Source: Amphiscolops sp. MND2022
Lineage: Eukaryota
Reading direction: 5' to 3'
NCBI GenBank assembly: GCA_964187785.1
Contig: OZ076409.1
Coordinates: forward strand, 47,556,001 to 47,620,000
Length of the DNA stretch: 64,000 nt
Each line of letters opens with the position of its first letter. Within the stretch, counting starts at the first letter, position 1. The position numbers and the translations under genes were made by a program. Positions 1-12,866 of this stretch are shown one piece after another. A model generated the notes under the pieces. The model made no database searches, was not told where the DNA came from, and worked only from the letters and a program-made list of their open reading frames with translations.

Positions 1-1064
1 ATCAATTGAAAAATTCAGTTTCTTACATCCTGGCCCCAAATCTTAGTGTAGGTTCATCAAAATTTTCAAGAAATCATGTTTCTATTGACATCGACAACGA
101 TTCCGTCGACTCGTTTTGCATTTGCGAATGATTCGTTTTGCACTTCGAGAATCTTGCCTTCAATTACACTTCCAACAAAGATTGCTTCGTAAAAGAATTT
201 TCGCATTTTCAACCGTGTTTGTTTAATAGCTTATCATTTCAAATGCCCCAACGTGGATTTTTTAGGTTGCAGATTTTTTTCTCTATTGAATGAAACTGTT
301 TGATATGGTTGAAAAGACAAAATTGTTTCTAACTTGCTGTTTCGGTATTCGACAATATCAGAAGCGTTCCCGAGTCTACAGCATTTGATCAAAATGGAAG
401 ATTTTTCATGCTCACGAAAATTCCTATTTCAATATTTAAAAAATGCCAAAAAGCTGAAAACAGTTTAGCTACCACTTAAAAACGAAAGCTGTGAAAATCA
501 CAGTGTTAAAACATTTGAAGAACGATTTTAGCTTTAACACAATTGCAAAAATGAAACCGCTTGATAGTTTCGTGGTTTTTCAAGTTGTTACTCTGAGAAA
601 TACCATATTATCCTTAGGAAAAATCAACAATTTATATCCCAGACATGCAATTTATTGTGCATTTCCCTGAATTCGTCAAACAAAGTTTTCATTCCAAGAA
701 GTCATCTGAAAGACCAAAAATCACAGAATAAGAGAGAAAAAAGATGATAGATGATAAAAGATGTTCTAAAACAACCAAAAATCTTTCTTCAGCAAATTCG
801 GGTTCAATCCAACGCATTCTCTACATGTCAGAGCATGTCCTGGTCTACAATTAGACGGAATTTTGAGGAAACACGTTTTCCTGAACTGCCGCCAAAATTT
901 TAAAATAAAAAAATTGATCAAATGAAATAGTGCTGAAAAAACCCAAAAAGTCACGATTTTTGTTCAACGTTCACAGATAAGACAAGGGTTTAGGGTTTGT
1001 TTGAATGGCGATGGAGTGGTACAAAAATTTCCGGCAACAAGTACCAGATTTGATGGCAAAGTAC

Positions 1065-1890
1065 AACAAGAAGGGAACTTATCAAGTCGGCGCTATACCT
1101 AAACCTCAAAAAGTTTTTGAAAGTCACACAGTGACGAAAAAAAATCGAAAGGGGGGACCCTTCAGTCTCGCCCGGTTTTGTAGGTTACCTTATGTAAAAA
1201 ATGGAAGGGGGACCCTTTGCACTAAGTTTGCCTTGGCCGGACATGGCCTGAGTCTGAGTAGTTTTAGTAGCTTCGAAGGTGCTTTTCGTGTTCGGAAAAC
1301 GCTTCAGAAGTTCGGATATAGCTTGCTGGAACAAACGGGAGCGCTTGTATTTGAACGCCCTCCTGCGCCTTGGTAAATCCTCCTAGCCAATCCTCCTATC
1401 CTAGAAGCTCGGATATAACGTCAAAAATTCGGATAGTATTGAAAAAAAATCATTTGTAGGAATAAATTGGGGAAACCAAAATTCAGACGAAAAACGAGAA
1501 TTTTGAAACAGTTTCATTGTGCCGAAAAAGTAAAAAGGGGCAACATTTGGGGTTTTTCCCATCCATTGTGTTGCGAAACATCAAAAGTTGAATGGGGGAC
1601 CTTTGGAGACAAAAAAGTTCGAAAAAAGTCTCAGTGCTGAAAAAATTGAAATCGGGGACCATGTAGTCACTTCCGATTTTTATGGTTACGTTAAAAAATA
1701 AAAAAATAATAGAGGAGACCCTTTGCATTAACGTTTGCAACAGATGCGTTTACCAGGCATTCGTTATGCTGAACAAACTGAACAAAAATCGATTTCGTCT
1801 CAAAATTCGACATTCGAATCGGTCTCAAGAAAACTAAACGAGTGACTGTAATAGTTGTGCTCTTTTATTATATAAAAGCGCCGACTGAAA
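1065..1890 (-). mobile_element. DINE-1/HINE-like (non-autonomous Helentron-type) repeat copy
   Basis: AAGTCGGCGCT at ~1084 and AGCGCCGACTGAAA at ~1877-1890 form subterminal inverted repeats. The interior GGGGGACCCTTT / AAAAAGTCTCAGTGCTGAAAA modules are shared with other copies in the window. Confidence 0.55.
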
Positions 1891-2715
1891 TACCAGACGG
1901 AAACGGCCCAAAGACACAATTTTTTTCAGAAGACGTCTCGTAGTGCCCAAAAAGGAGGTTTAGACTTTCGGCCGAAAACTCTTGATAAAGTCAAGGCGGT
2001 TTACACTGTTGAAATGAATGATTTTTCGGTAAACTTCACACAGTGCCTAGAAAAGGCCTGTTCCACAATCTTTGAGAAAATCACCAGTCGGCAGTATCAA
2101 AATATCGAAAAGGTCACACGAAGACTGGGAAATTTTTTTTCAGAGCACTTCAAAACATTAGAGCATTCTTTTTTAAAATGTTTTTGATGCGTCCGTAAGT
2201 CGCATAATACCAAAAAACCTAAAGTGGCCCTATGTGCTCGCAAAATGCTTTGTTTTTGCTGAAAACTGAAGAAGAGCCTGTCAGTTTAGGAAAGGTCAGA
2301 AAAATGTTGCAAAAGTCAAAGAACTTGAACAGGAAATTTTTTGCCTCCCCTTCATTTTGGCAGGCAATAAAAACTTTCGCTAAAGTGCGAGTTTCGAACC
2401 ATCGTTTTCCTGCTTTTCAGAACTCGTCTCAAACTTTCTCGGAAATCATGCAACATTTAGGCCAGGTGGCAGTTCTTAAGGTAACTATCCAAGTTACTAT
2501 AAGAACAAAACGATGATAGAAGTCTGTCATTTCGCCGATTGTTTCAAAAACTCTTCGAATTGCGTCCACTGAAAATAGCACCATCGAAAACAAAGTACAT
2601 ATACAGGAAACACGAGATGAAGCAGGCAGCCAGGCGAGAATTAGAAACCACGAATGGAACAGAACCCAGCTGAAATTGGTCGAAAGTTCTATTCATTTCA
2701 ACTCACGTAAATTTT

Positions 2716-3874
2716 TTATTTTCTTCGGATCTCGACTCGACGTTTCTTCGCAGCTCGCGCTCCATCGATTTCCACCAGTTTTTTCTTCATTTCTAATTTT
2801 CGGAGAAGTACTTGCTTTGTATTAGATGACTTTGAACTAACTGTTTTTCTGTCGCTATTCGAAGGTGTTTTGTTTGACTCCTTACACATCTTTGCGTGTA
2901 GCGATATTACATCAATGACAGAGTGATTCACTTAAAAAGGATTCCGAAATACGGTAACAAATTGTTCTTCACCGAACATTTCTCTAGTTTCAATGTCACT
3001 CAACTGGTTGATAGACTCAGGGCTTCTTATTGGCGCGAAGTGATTTTGGGTGGATGCAGAAAATCTAGCTGAGCGTGCTGCGGGTGGTGGCAACTTAACA
3101 TTTTCCGTCTGGTTAGTTGTCAAAAGTTGTTTCGGATGCGCGAAACGCTCAAATAGAACATATTGTGGCGCGGTCATGTTCATTTGCATTATAACTGATA
3201 TAGATTTTGCGACAAAGTGACTCACCAAGGAACCATCTCTTGCTACTATCAGCTGCACCATCTTAGTCGCCAGGTGAGGTAGTTGTGTCGTGTGTGACAG
3301 TGCATCTGGTTGTGGCTGGGTCTGCTGACCAGCACTCTCCTTACTATCTCGTTCCTATTATTTGCCACTTCGGTGCAGTGTTTGCTTTGATCCAACTACG
3401 AACGAACGAACGTTCTCAAACGGATCGCGTTGGATCAGTATCGGAGAGGCGCTTAGAAACTTGTCTTTGCCCAACTACTCCATACTCGAGCTTTTTGAAG
3501 TTTTTTTTGGCGATACGTCTGGCCATCGCTCTTCCTTCGTCGAAATAAGCAACTTCGAGTATTTCTCTTAGTTTATCCATTCTTTTAGTTTTTTGTTTGG
3601 CAGCTAAATATTCATCCATTTTGACCTGCTTTTTGTTTACTTCTTGTTGTAGGAGAGGTGCTTGTTTTGTATTAGATGACGTTGAACTATTGGTTGTTCT
3701 GATGCCCTTCGAAGTTGGTCTGTCTGAACCGTTACCCTTTTCTTCGGGTAGCGATGTCACATCGCTGACAGGGTGTTGCACTTTAGAGGGATTCCGTATT
3801 ACGGCACGTATTACATTGACATGTTTTCGGGGAGTAGCTTCACAGCTCCCTAAATGCTGTTCTTTCCACTCCAA
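2716..3874 (-). pseudogene. Decayed ORF fragments with a diverged internal duplication, possibly a retrotransposon gag N-terminus
   Basis: ORFs 2716..2931 and 3416..3874 share SSxSSNTKQ...KK. DNA at ~2811-2955 resembles ~3660-3805. Family not identified. Confidence 0.25.
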
Positions 3875-4190
3875 TCCGTTCTTCCACGAGCAAAAAGACC
3901 TTCTTAATGGTGCAATTTGTGATAAAACGAAGTGTTTTCACAAGGTTTCAACGAAATCTCAATTCTAACAACGAAATCAGCTCTCAATACAGGTTTCTTT
4001 GTTCCTTTCTAACAATTCTTTTTATTCATTTGAACTGACGATTTCATCTCGGTAAAACTTTCGTTTTCTATTCCTCTACTTTTTATTCTTTTCTATTCCT
4101 CTTCTACTATTCCTCTTCTTTTTCAACAGTGATTCATCCCACTTATCTTTCCTTTCTTGAAAGTTCAAGACCTCTTTCACCTGGCCTTCG

Positions 4191-4844
4191 TTTTTAGTCG
4201 GCGCTTCATGAAGTGAAACGCGACTATTATAGTGGCTTTTCTTTTTTTTTCAATCCACACGAACTGACCAAAATAGTTCTTCAAAAGTTCTACAAATATT
4301 ATTGCACCAAATTGCACTATTTGGTCTAGCGAACTGAACCAAACCAAAAAAGTTTTTCCTGTTTTCCCGCGTAACATACCATACCCGGCAAGACCAAAGG
4401 GTCCCCCCTTCCAATTTTTGTTGGCACTATGAGACTTGTTTTCCGAAAAAATTTTCCCCCAAAGGGTCCCCCTTCAATTTTTTGCTGTTTTGCGACAGAA
4501 TGGATGTTGGAGAATCCCAAAGGTTCCCCCCTTTCAGTTTTTTTCCGAATATAAAAATTTTTCCCCCATCAATTTTTTGATGTTTTGCGACAAAACCCCT
4601 TCAACTGCGACAAAAATGTTGACAATTTCGGAAGTGTCCCCCTTTCAGCACGCCAGGGGCTCGCGCTAGCGGTCCCCGGCGCGCCACTCGGTCCATTTTT
4701 TTGGGTATGTAATTTTTCGAAATTTTTTTTTCGTAAAATTTTCGATTTTCGAGTACTGTAAAAGAGAATACTTGACACTTGGAAGTCTTTTTGCTCTTTT
4801 TGAGCCTTGGACATGGCGCCGACTTGGGCCGGTCCCGGCTTTTT
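4191..4844 (+). mobile_element. DINE-1/HINE-like (non-autonomous Helentron-type) repeat copy
   Basis: 5' TTTTT-AGTCGGCGCT followed by a partial inverted copy (ACGCGACT). 3' GGCGCCGACT followed by a short GC hairpin (GGGCCGGTCCCGGC) and a T-run. No TSD seen. Confidence 0.65.
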
Positions 4845-5319
4845 CAAACTCCAGTTTGAGCGTTTGACCAGATTGTAGGAACTATTTCTTCACCAAGACG
4901 TGTTTTTTCCCATCTGATGGTTGAGTCTAGCCCATTCGGCAGGAGAACTGCAAGGCTCTTAGTTGCCACGTTTTGGGTGTGCCGCTCAGCAGGTATTGCA
5001 AACACTGTTGCTTTCGAAGATGTGAATTTCTTTCATATTTCGTTCCCACTGTGGTTTGCCAATAGAACACATTGTCAATACGTTTGGTATCGATTCGCTA
5101 AGCTTCAACCGTTTTTTGAACTAGCCCAAAACCCAGTGTACACTCCCTAACCAGTTGAGCCCAGATTTTCCACTTCGAACACGTATTTCATTGGGTTGAT
5201 GAAGTAACCCAACCTGAGAGGATATTGTATACGCAAGTGTCCAAGTACTCCGGAATCAGATAAAACGAAAATACTTGGATTTTGCGCTTTTCGCTGAACT
5301 TATCTTCGTGTCAGGTGGT

Positions 5320-6800
5320 ATGGCAAGATGCCGCCTGCGATAGAAACCACTACCAAGTATCCTCAGATAGGGAAAAGTCTGTGATTCCTCCAGCAGTAAG
5401 TATCGTTCTTCGTACTGTTGTGGTGCTCGTATACTATTTATGTACATTTTTTATAAACCAGTGCAACTCGCTGATTTGAGTTAAAATCTAATTTGAAATG
5501 ATTTTGACGTCCTGTATTTCAATGCAGGAAACGATCCATCTCCTGGAGGCACGCTAAAAAAGACCGGAAATCTAGCATGTTTGACGCTTGGTCCGTTCTA
5601 GTTATTATCCAAACATATGCGCTCGTTTTTGTAGCCAGACGGACTACATCTCCATTGCGTTCGTTTGCACGCGCTGCTGCTCATGTAAAATAGTATCAAG
5701 TAATATTCAGTGTATTATATATAACATGTAGTAAACCCTTGACCTGTAAGGCCTGCCGCTTTTACTCCTTGCATTTTTTGATGACTCAATGCTTTTTGTA
5801 GTTCAAGCCAACGGTCATGTCTTCATGACGTCTTTTTGATGAATAATTTTTTAATAACGTGACATTCGTCGTTAATTTTTTCATGCGTTGTACCCTCTTA
5901 TTAGCCGATCCTGTAAAGCCATAGAAACATTGAATTCAGAACACTTTCATGATACACTCAAAGTATTGTGAAACTGATCTTACTTCTACCTAATTATTTT
6001 CCATTTTAACCGAATCAATATCACTCCTTAAACAGCATTCATTATTTGTGATGCATTCTACTAGAAAACGGAAAGTTAGAGAAAAGCGCTTTCGGCAATC
6101 AGATGCAGTGTCCGACTCAGGAATTGAGAACGTAATGATTGGAAACTTTCTAGAAAACTAATTTGAGAACGAATCAGTAGACAGAACAAGCCGGGACCGG
6201 CCCAAGTCGGCGCCATATCCAAGGCTCAAAAATAGCAAGATTTTTCATCCATTTTGTCGCAAAACAGCAAAAAAATTGAAGGTGGGACCCTTTGGAGAAA
6301 TTTTTTCCGCAAAAAAAGTCTCGCAGTGCCGAAAAAAAAGAAAGGGGAGACCCTTTGGACTCGCCGGGTATGGTATGTTACGCGGGAAAAAAGTGCAAAA
6401 AAATAGTGCAATTTGGTGCAATAATATTTTGTAGAACTTTTAAGAACTATTTTGGTCAGTTCGTGTGGATTGAAAAAAAATATAATAGTCGCGTTTCACT
6501 TCATGAAGCGCCGACTAAAAACCGAAGTACGCTTGAAGTGAGATATATGAAGGAGTACTATACAAAAGTTGACGAGTCGGTGATGAAGTCTAACAGCAGA
6601 GAAAACAGTGAAAGGATAGCTGAAACAGGTAGATTACTAAACATTAGCTGAGCTCAGAATAATAATGGCATTTATCCGGTTCCGGATCGAGGGAATTTTT
6701 AAGAGGTCAATCGGACGTGATGTCAAACGACTAAGCGCACTGATTGTCGACGAGCGTATTTAAAAAGAAATTTTCTTATACTTTAGGCAGGGCAGCGACG
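5320..6800 (+). mobile_element. Decayed LTR of the A/C-related gypsy group, interrupted by a HINE-like repeat
   Basis: Starts with ...GATGCCGCCTGCGATAGAAAC, like the other LTR starts. A gag-N-like remnant (NSRENSE...) at ~6070-6185 resumes at ~6523. Boundaries approximate. Confidence 0.45.
6185..6521 (-). mobile_element. DINE-1/HINE-like repeat copy
   Basis: ACAAGCCGGGACCGGCCCAAGTCGGCGCC ... TAGTCGCGTTTCACTTCATGAAGCGCCGACTAAAA, the reverse complement of the termini of the 4191-4844 copy. Confidence 0.65.
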
Positions 6801-7174
6801 TGGGCCGCTCACGATTTGTTTTTTTTTTCAGTTCTGCTAGAAATGAAGAGACTCAATGGCTCTTTTCTCGTTGTATTCATTGTTCGGTATGGCGTTTTCT
6901 GTTGAGTGTTGCTGATAATATCGATGAACTCAATTTTTCTGCTTTTCACTGACTGTGTTTGAAATAACAAGCCGGGAAGGCCCCAAGTTGGCGCCATATT
7001 TAAGGCTCAAAAATAGCAAAAAGACTTCAAAGTGTCAAGTACTTTCTTCTACAGTACTCGAATGAGGGAAAAATTTCCATTTTTTTCCGAAATTTTTTTG
7101 AAGTCTCCGGTAAGTCGCATAGTGCCGAAAAATGTGAGAAGGGGGCCCTTTGGGATTTTTTGAACTTCCATTCT

Positions 7175-9329
7175 TGTCGCAGGCTGCCGCCTGCAATGGA
7201 ACAATCATCACGACATCAGCTGACGGACAAAACATCGCACCCGGAACGCTTCCTACATTTTAATGTTAAAACTAAAAATTAACCAATCACAGTGCAGTAT
7301 AGCTAGTATTATCTCTCAGTAATACATTATTTGGCCGGTTATGGCCGCTTGCATTAATCTAACTACTGTGCTCGCACACGCTGGTCCAATGGCCGGTTCC
7401 GGCCTATTTAGCTTTCATCAAGTAATATGTGCTATTTAATCAGTAGTGCTGTGTATTTTCTTGGAAAGTACTTGAAGCTGTCTTAATACGTCAGATGCAA
7501 TGATTAAAGGTGTTAGAAGAATTGCTAATTGTTTTAATTATAGTTGCTATTGATAAAATCCTGTACCAGAAACGTCACTTGAGCACGCGGCCTTGTCCAA
7601 TCAAATTACTCCATTTGCTACGCAGTTAATACTTCCATTCATTAATGGCCGAATAAGGCTTGTGGACATAACGTTGCTACTGTTAATAAATATTCAGTCA
7701 AACGGCCGGTTACGGCCATTTCACATAAAGCACATTTGTGATGCTAATTGTTCTCACACTTAACTAGGATTCACGTGCTTGTATTCTTAGGCTAAATAAC
7801 CCCTCTAGTGCAGTATTACCTAACTATATCCCAAACTTAGCTCTTTCAGACGGTTAAGGCTGTTTGACCAGTATTTAATATTGATTACTTAGTACGGGGC
7901 AATTAGCCTATTCAGGCCACATTGTGTAAAGCGCTGTACACATTTTTGATTGATTGGCCGTATATGGCCACTTGACATTATATTAAGATTGGTAATGCAG
8001 GACAAATGGCAAATGGCCGGTTTAGGCTATTTTGCTTATTGTCATTAGAGATGCTTTTAAGCATGAATGAGTTTGTTTTACAGTCATGTAAGATTATATT
8101 TATGTACTTGAAGATGTTAATGAGCTTTTTAAATCCAATTAGTGCAATAATAACGACCAGTAGTAGCAATCCGAATACCCGTCACCTGTCCTATTCCGGC
8201 CTTCGCTATTGGCCAGCTTCCAAGTCCAATGGCCGTATCGGGACATATTACTATATTATGTTCATTTCTATTGCATGAAACTGTGTCTTTGTTTTGTTGA
8301 TTCTACGCACGTGTGTAGGCACGTGCCGCTAAATAGTTTACATTCCTCTCACTGTAAACAATTTGAAAGTATTAGTTTTTGATGTTTGGTCAAAGTGTTG
8401 TTTGCCTAATATAATAAGGCTAAATTCCTCCGCTTCCCTTTGATGATAGTATTTGCAGTTAGAAAATGCATTTGAGTGCATTCCATATTTTATGTAAACT
8501 TTAAATGATGTTGCTGCGAATGAACTAGGTATGTTTGTCCTTTGACCCTAACGGGACAAATTCCTAAAGAGCTTTGATGTAGTTGGCGCCGCTAAAAACG
8601 AATGAATGTTAGTGGTCACCCGCCATAGTCATGTGCCCTTTATGGAATCTGTAAATAGATTGTTATGCAAGGAATTTGAGTGTCACCCTCTCAGGGGTAT
8701 ATATATTAGTATTTTTCCCAAGAGGGACACAATTGTATTTTGCTTCTCCAAGTTTAGTTTGACATACCTGTTTACGATACAACGTACAAAATCCTAATTT
8801 CCCAACAAGATAATTCACTATTTTCGCTCGGACTTTCCTCAATGCATATTCAAAGAAAGAGGAGAAAGCTTAGACAGGAATCTTGCTAGAAGGCCCGAAA
8901 GTGCCATTAGCAATAACTTTGGAAATGACTATGAAAACATGTACTCAAGTCTACGAGTTGTCAGTACAGGGATAAATGCCGATTACGGCCAGAATTCAGT
9001 CGGAACTAGTTCTAATGCTGAGATTAACGGGTTGTTGAGCGAGTTGAACTCGAGGTTATCTAGAGAAGTGAATGGTATGATGAGTAGTGTCAATACCCAG
9101 ATCCACAGGGCAATTAGTGATGCAATTGATAGTCAAATATTGCCTCAGATTCAAACTGCCCTATATTCCGGATCGGGCCATTTGACACAAAATAGATGGA
9201 ACCTTCCGTCCGAGAGACCGGAAATTAATCCCGAAGAAAACTGCTCTAATAAAACTAGGAAAAACTCAAGAAGTGAGCAATTCCGTGATCGTCCACTTGA
9301 CGGAACCACAAATGCTAGTGCCTACGACA
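7175..9329 (+). mobile_element. Solo LTR (2155 bp) with 5-bp TSD ATTCT
   Basis: Termini TGTCGCAGGC...GCCTACGACA (inverted, 9/10). ATTCT at 7170-7174 and 9330-9334. Confidence 0.9.
8939..9329 (+). pseudogene. LTR-encoded gag N-terminal segment
   Basis: ELNSRLSREVNGMMSSVNTQIHRAISDAIDSQILPQIQ is homologous to ORFs 11267..11827 and 55545..55997. The frame is open to the LTR end with no stop inside the LTR. Confidence 0.7.
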
Positions 9330-9649
9330 ATTCTGTTGCAAAATAGATAAACATTGAAGGGGGACGCTTTGGAGGCATCAAAAAAAATTGCAAAAAAAGT
9401 CTCACAAAGCCGAAATAATATGCACAAAAAAATTTTGGTGAAGGACGAGACTCGAACCCACGTCTTTCTGCTTGGTAGACCTCAAAAACTCAAAATTAAC
9501 CTCTATGCCAAGTGCCAGTAGAGGCAATGTGGCAGTTAGTGTTAGTGGGAACCAGCTTATAAAGTTTATAAAATCTGTCACTTCGTTCGTCCTAAAAAAG
9601 AAAAAAAGAAAAGTCACTGCTAGCTTGGTACCCGGGGACTGTTTCAGTT

Positions 9650-10700
9650 TTGGCCTTTTTCCTCAAAAATAGGTCAATTCTTCGGACGTTTGGAGATCTG
9701 AGTTGAAATTTACCAGGTTTCATAAAAGCAGAATCTGAACCCTCATATTTGTTTTTTGCTATCAGTTCCGATAGAACATTTGTTTCTGCATCTTTTGGCT
9801 CACTATTGGCAGTTGCTATACGGAAGGTTTTCGATTTTAGTTGATGTCCGTGATTAAATTTTTTTTCTCCATTGTGCTCAGCGCAAAATGGTAGACTTTT
9901 TGGATTCACGTTGTTTTTAGTTGAAAGCACATTCGTGTTTTTGTTTCACAATTGGGCTGTCTTTTCTCAACAGTTACCGTAGGCGATGTGTTTTGCTACT
10001 GATGGTTTCACGATTTTGAACAAAACTGTTGCTTGCAACAAAATTTACCTCTTTTTGTCTTCGCGTGAGTTAGTGCATTCAGTATCCTTGTTGTGTTGAT
10101 CATTTCCTTTCCTCTTTCTGTTTCATTCTGTCTGCGGCAATAGTGCGTGCGATCAATTTTTTCAAAACTTGTTCTGTCTTTTCTCTCCTTGCATAGTTTT
10201 TCACCGTTTTCTGTTTCATTTACCGTTTTTCTCCTGCTTTACCTAATAACTTTCATGATATTATCAAATCAGGCCATTTTTGGCAACCTAGTGTTCCATT
10301 TACTTTTTTGACGATAGAGCGGATGTCCATTGAATCGTTGAAACTTCTTTTTGAATGTGTAGCACCCGTTTGTTTTGTCTGAGTTCTTGTGAAGCATCAG
10401 TGGTTGCTGACTTCGTATGCTAGTCCTGTTCAGTCGTAGGCAATTTTTGACATCGACTCGTGAGAGTTTTTCGCTCGCATTAGGGTGGTTAAGCCATTGG
10501 TCAATATACTTATCCTTCAACTTCATTTAGTTCTGTTTCGTCGAATGCTGTTTCCACTGACATTTCCATCGTAATAGTGACTACTGCCTCAGAACAGCCT
10601 CCTCTTGTTCTTTTCCGTTCAAAATTTTGTACCAAGGACTGCCTCAATTTACTACAAACAAGTTTGAAAAAAAGTAATTTCGACCGGTCCCGGTTGTTAG
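9650..10700 (-). pseudogene. Highly decayed retroelement gag-like relic (possibly BEL/Pao)
   Basis: KKFQRFNGHPLY weakly resembles the LPxFxGDPLxW gag motif. Many stops. Confidence 0.2.
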
Positions 10701-10746
10701 CGCATGTGTCTTGGAATGATGGCAGGACCTGGGGAGTAAGTGTAAA

Positions 10747-11314
10747 TGTCGCAGGCGGCTGCCTGCGATAGAAATTGGTGATATGTGTCATACAACTACC
10801 ACAGAGAGTTCCGAGATACCGCCCCCTTGACTGACTGGTCACAACACCATTGTGAAACTCAAAAACTTTCATTTATTGGAACTGAATTTTAAAATTTCAC
10901 GCTTTGTACAAAGCTACAGGACTTTTCCATCCTAGATTAAATTCATCGCATCGCAAGAGAATGAAAATAGGAACATTAAAGCTATAAATGAAATGCCCAG
11001 ACATGATACTGTTGGAATCCACGGAAATCTCAGCTAATGAAATAAGTATGCGGACTTCTCAAGAAATGGATTCCCTATTGAAAACACTTCTCACTTTAAC
11101 AAGTCCATAAGTTCTGCAATCAGTGAAAGAGTTATCCCTGAGATACATAATATTATGGGTTCGCTGTCTTCAGGACAGAAAGACACTGAGTTCGGAGCGT
11201 CTGTTAATTAGCAAGATACTACCGAAAAAATATCTTGCTTAAATCTAAAAATGACAAAGAAGAATTCTAGACCTGTCTTTGATCTTCGGGACACTGGTGT
11301 CCTAAGTCCTTACT
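10747..11314 (+). mobile_element. Internally deleted solo LTR
   Basis: Starts TGTCGCAGGCGGCTGCCTGCGA. Ends with a gag-N remnant (SAISERVIPEI...DLRDTG) at ...CCTTACT. Flanks GTAAA (10742-10746) and GTAGA (11315-11319) are a 4/5 TSD. Confidence 0.7.
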
Positions 11315-11361
11315 GTAGATATGTTGAATTGCGAGCTGGACCAAAAATTTTACACTCTTGC

Positions 11362-11900
11362 TGTAAGAACTACAACCTGTGGTGTCTCTCAAATCTCCTA
11401 CGGACCTTGAGTCCTTCTTCGCGATCTTTATTTTAGGCCCTGGTGTGTTTTCCCTGTTCTCTTGACCATTAGGAGACATACAGGCCTCAGTGTCCCTGTG
11501 ACCTGTGGATGACATTGAGTTAACAATACTTTGAAACTCTGGAACAACTCTCTCAGCTATTGCAGTGGTAATAGCCCTGTTTATTTGATTATAAATCATG
11601 GACATCATTGAGTCACTTTCCTGAGACAACCTTAGATTAAACTCGTTAGAGAAAGTCTCAAAGGACTGTCTGACATCATTTTGCCTCAAAGAGTCATTTT
11701 CATATATAAATTCTCTGTACTCATTTCCATGGTACGTATTTGTATTTGCGTTCTCATGGGCTGATGACTGATCAATAGCATCAGTTAGTTCTCTTTCAAT
11801 GCGATTGTTATTCTCATTTCCCAACATTACGTCTAGGTATCAAAATCGGACATCATGTCCATCTCTCTAGATTTCCTGGGTTTTACCTTTTGTCTTCTTG
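11362..11900 (-). pseudogene. LTR-encoded gag N-terminal segment (element A)
   Basis: ORF 11267..11827 (NLRLSQESDSMMSMIYNQINRAITTAIAERVVPE) is homologous to the other LTR ORFs and is open to the LTR end. Confidence 0.7.
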
Positions 11901-12866
11901 TTGAAGGGATTAGAAATTGTTACAAGAGAAAAAAAATTATCTTTGGCTTGCAAATTTTGTGTGATATTACTGAGTAACTTTAACATGTAGGATCAATCAA
12001 AACTTTGTCCCCGGGACCAATTGTCCCGGCTATAAATATTAGATTCTACATGACAACCAATATTTCAACTGTCATATTCTAAAAATAGCCTTGAGGGCTT
12101 TCTAAATATAGTAACAGCTATAAATAGCAACAGTGACATCATTATGATGTAAGCAACTTCAAAGAACATTCCCGACGGTCAGCAGACTGATGATATGGCG
12201 GGAAGCCCGTAGGCCTACAAGACTGAGCAACAGCATACATATACAAAGTAAAGCAAAATACATGCATTTCAACACTTCATAAGATCACATGTGATGTATT
12301 AGTAACGCGCTATATTTCGTCAATAAAAGGTCTTTTGGAACTAAATGTCTATTTTTTGAACAATTAATGGTTTCTCTAGTATCCAAGTAGTAGCGCTTGT
12401 TAGTTGCGCCTTTAATTTGAAAGTGAACTCCGTGTCCAGTCGACATAATAGTACTCGCTTTTTTGTTGACAGGCGGCACATGGCCGTCTAGTCCATTGAT
12501 CAAAGCACCCCGTGATGTATTGAACAAAAACACCGGTATTAGAATACTGCACTCTGATTGTCTGATAGCTTATTCGGACTCGTTGTCCAAGGCGACAGGC
12601 AAGGAAACATTTGAACGCGTTTCCTATACCCGTACGCCTTGGTGTCCAATTTACTAACAACGTATAATTAGCGCCAGTATTACGTAATACTAAATCACGT
12701 TTTAAATGATATTTTGTATTAAAATATAAGAGCTACATGACTTCTACGGTATAAATACAGTTTTCTATTTGAAAGTTCTTATTTAAGGGGATTGTGTTGG
12801 GTTGAGCCTTCTGGTAATCGTGGCAGGTAGAGTATAGATTACCATCACTGGCGGACGCCTGGGACA
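11362..12866 (-). repeat. 3' LTR of element A
   Basis: On -, starts TGTCCCAGGC right after PPT AGGGGGAG and ends ...TTCTTACA. Terminal sequence aligns with 57181-57277 (CTGGTAATC...ATTxCxTCACxGGCGGxxGCCTGxGACA) and shares CATTTGAACGCGTTTCC. Confidence 0.8.

Larger units (their letters stand above)
6966..9625 (-). mobile_element. DINE-1/HINE-like repeat copy split by a solo LTR (7175-9329)
   Basis: Starts ACAAGCCGGGAAGGCCCCAAGTTGGCGCC. Repeat sequence resumes at 9330 and is colinear with the 57491-57965 copy. Far terminus eroded. Confidence 0.55.

Noticed and set aside
9437..9490. tRNA gene
   Set aside because: Only a T-arm/B-box plus CCA-like end. No full cloverleaf, and it is embedded in a dispersed repeat.
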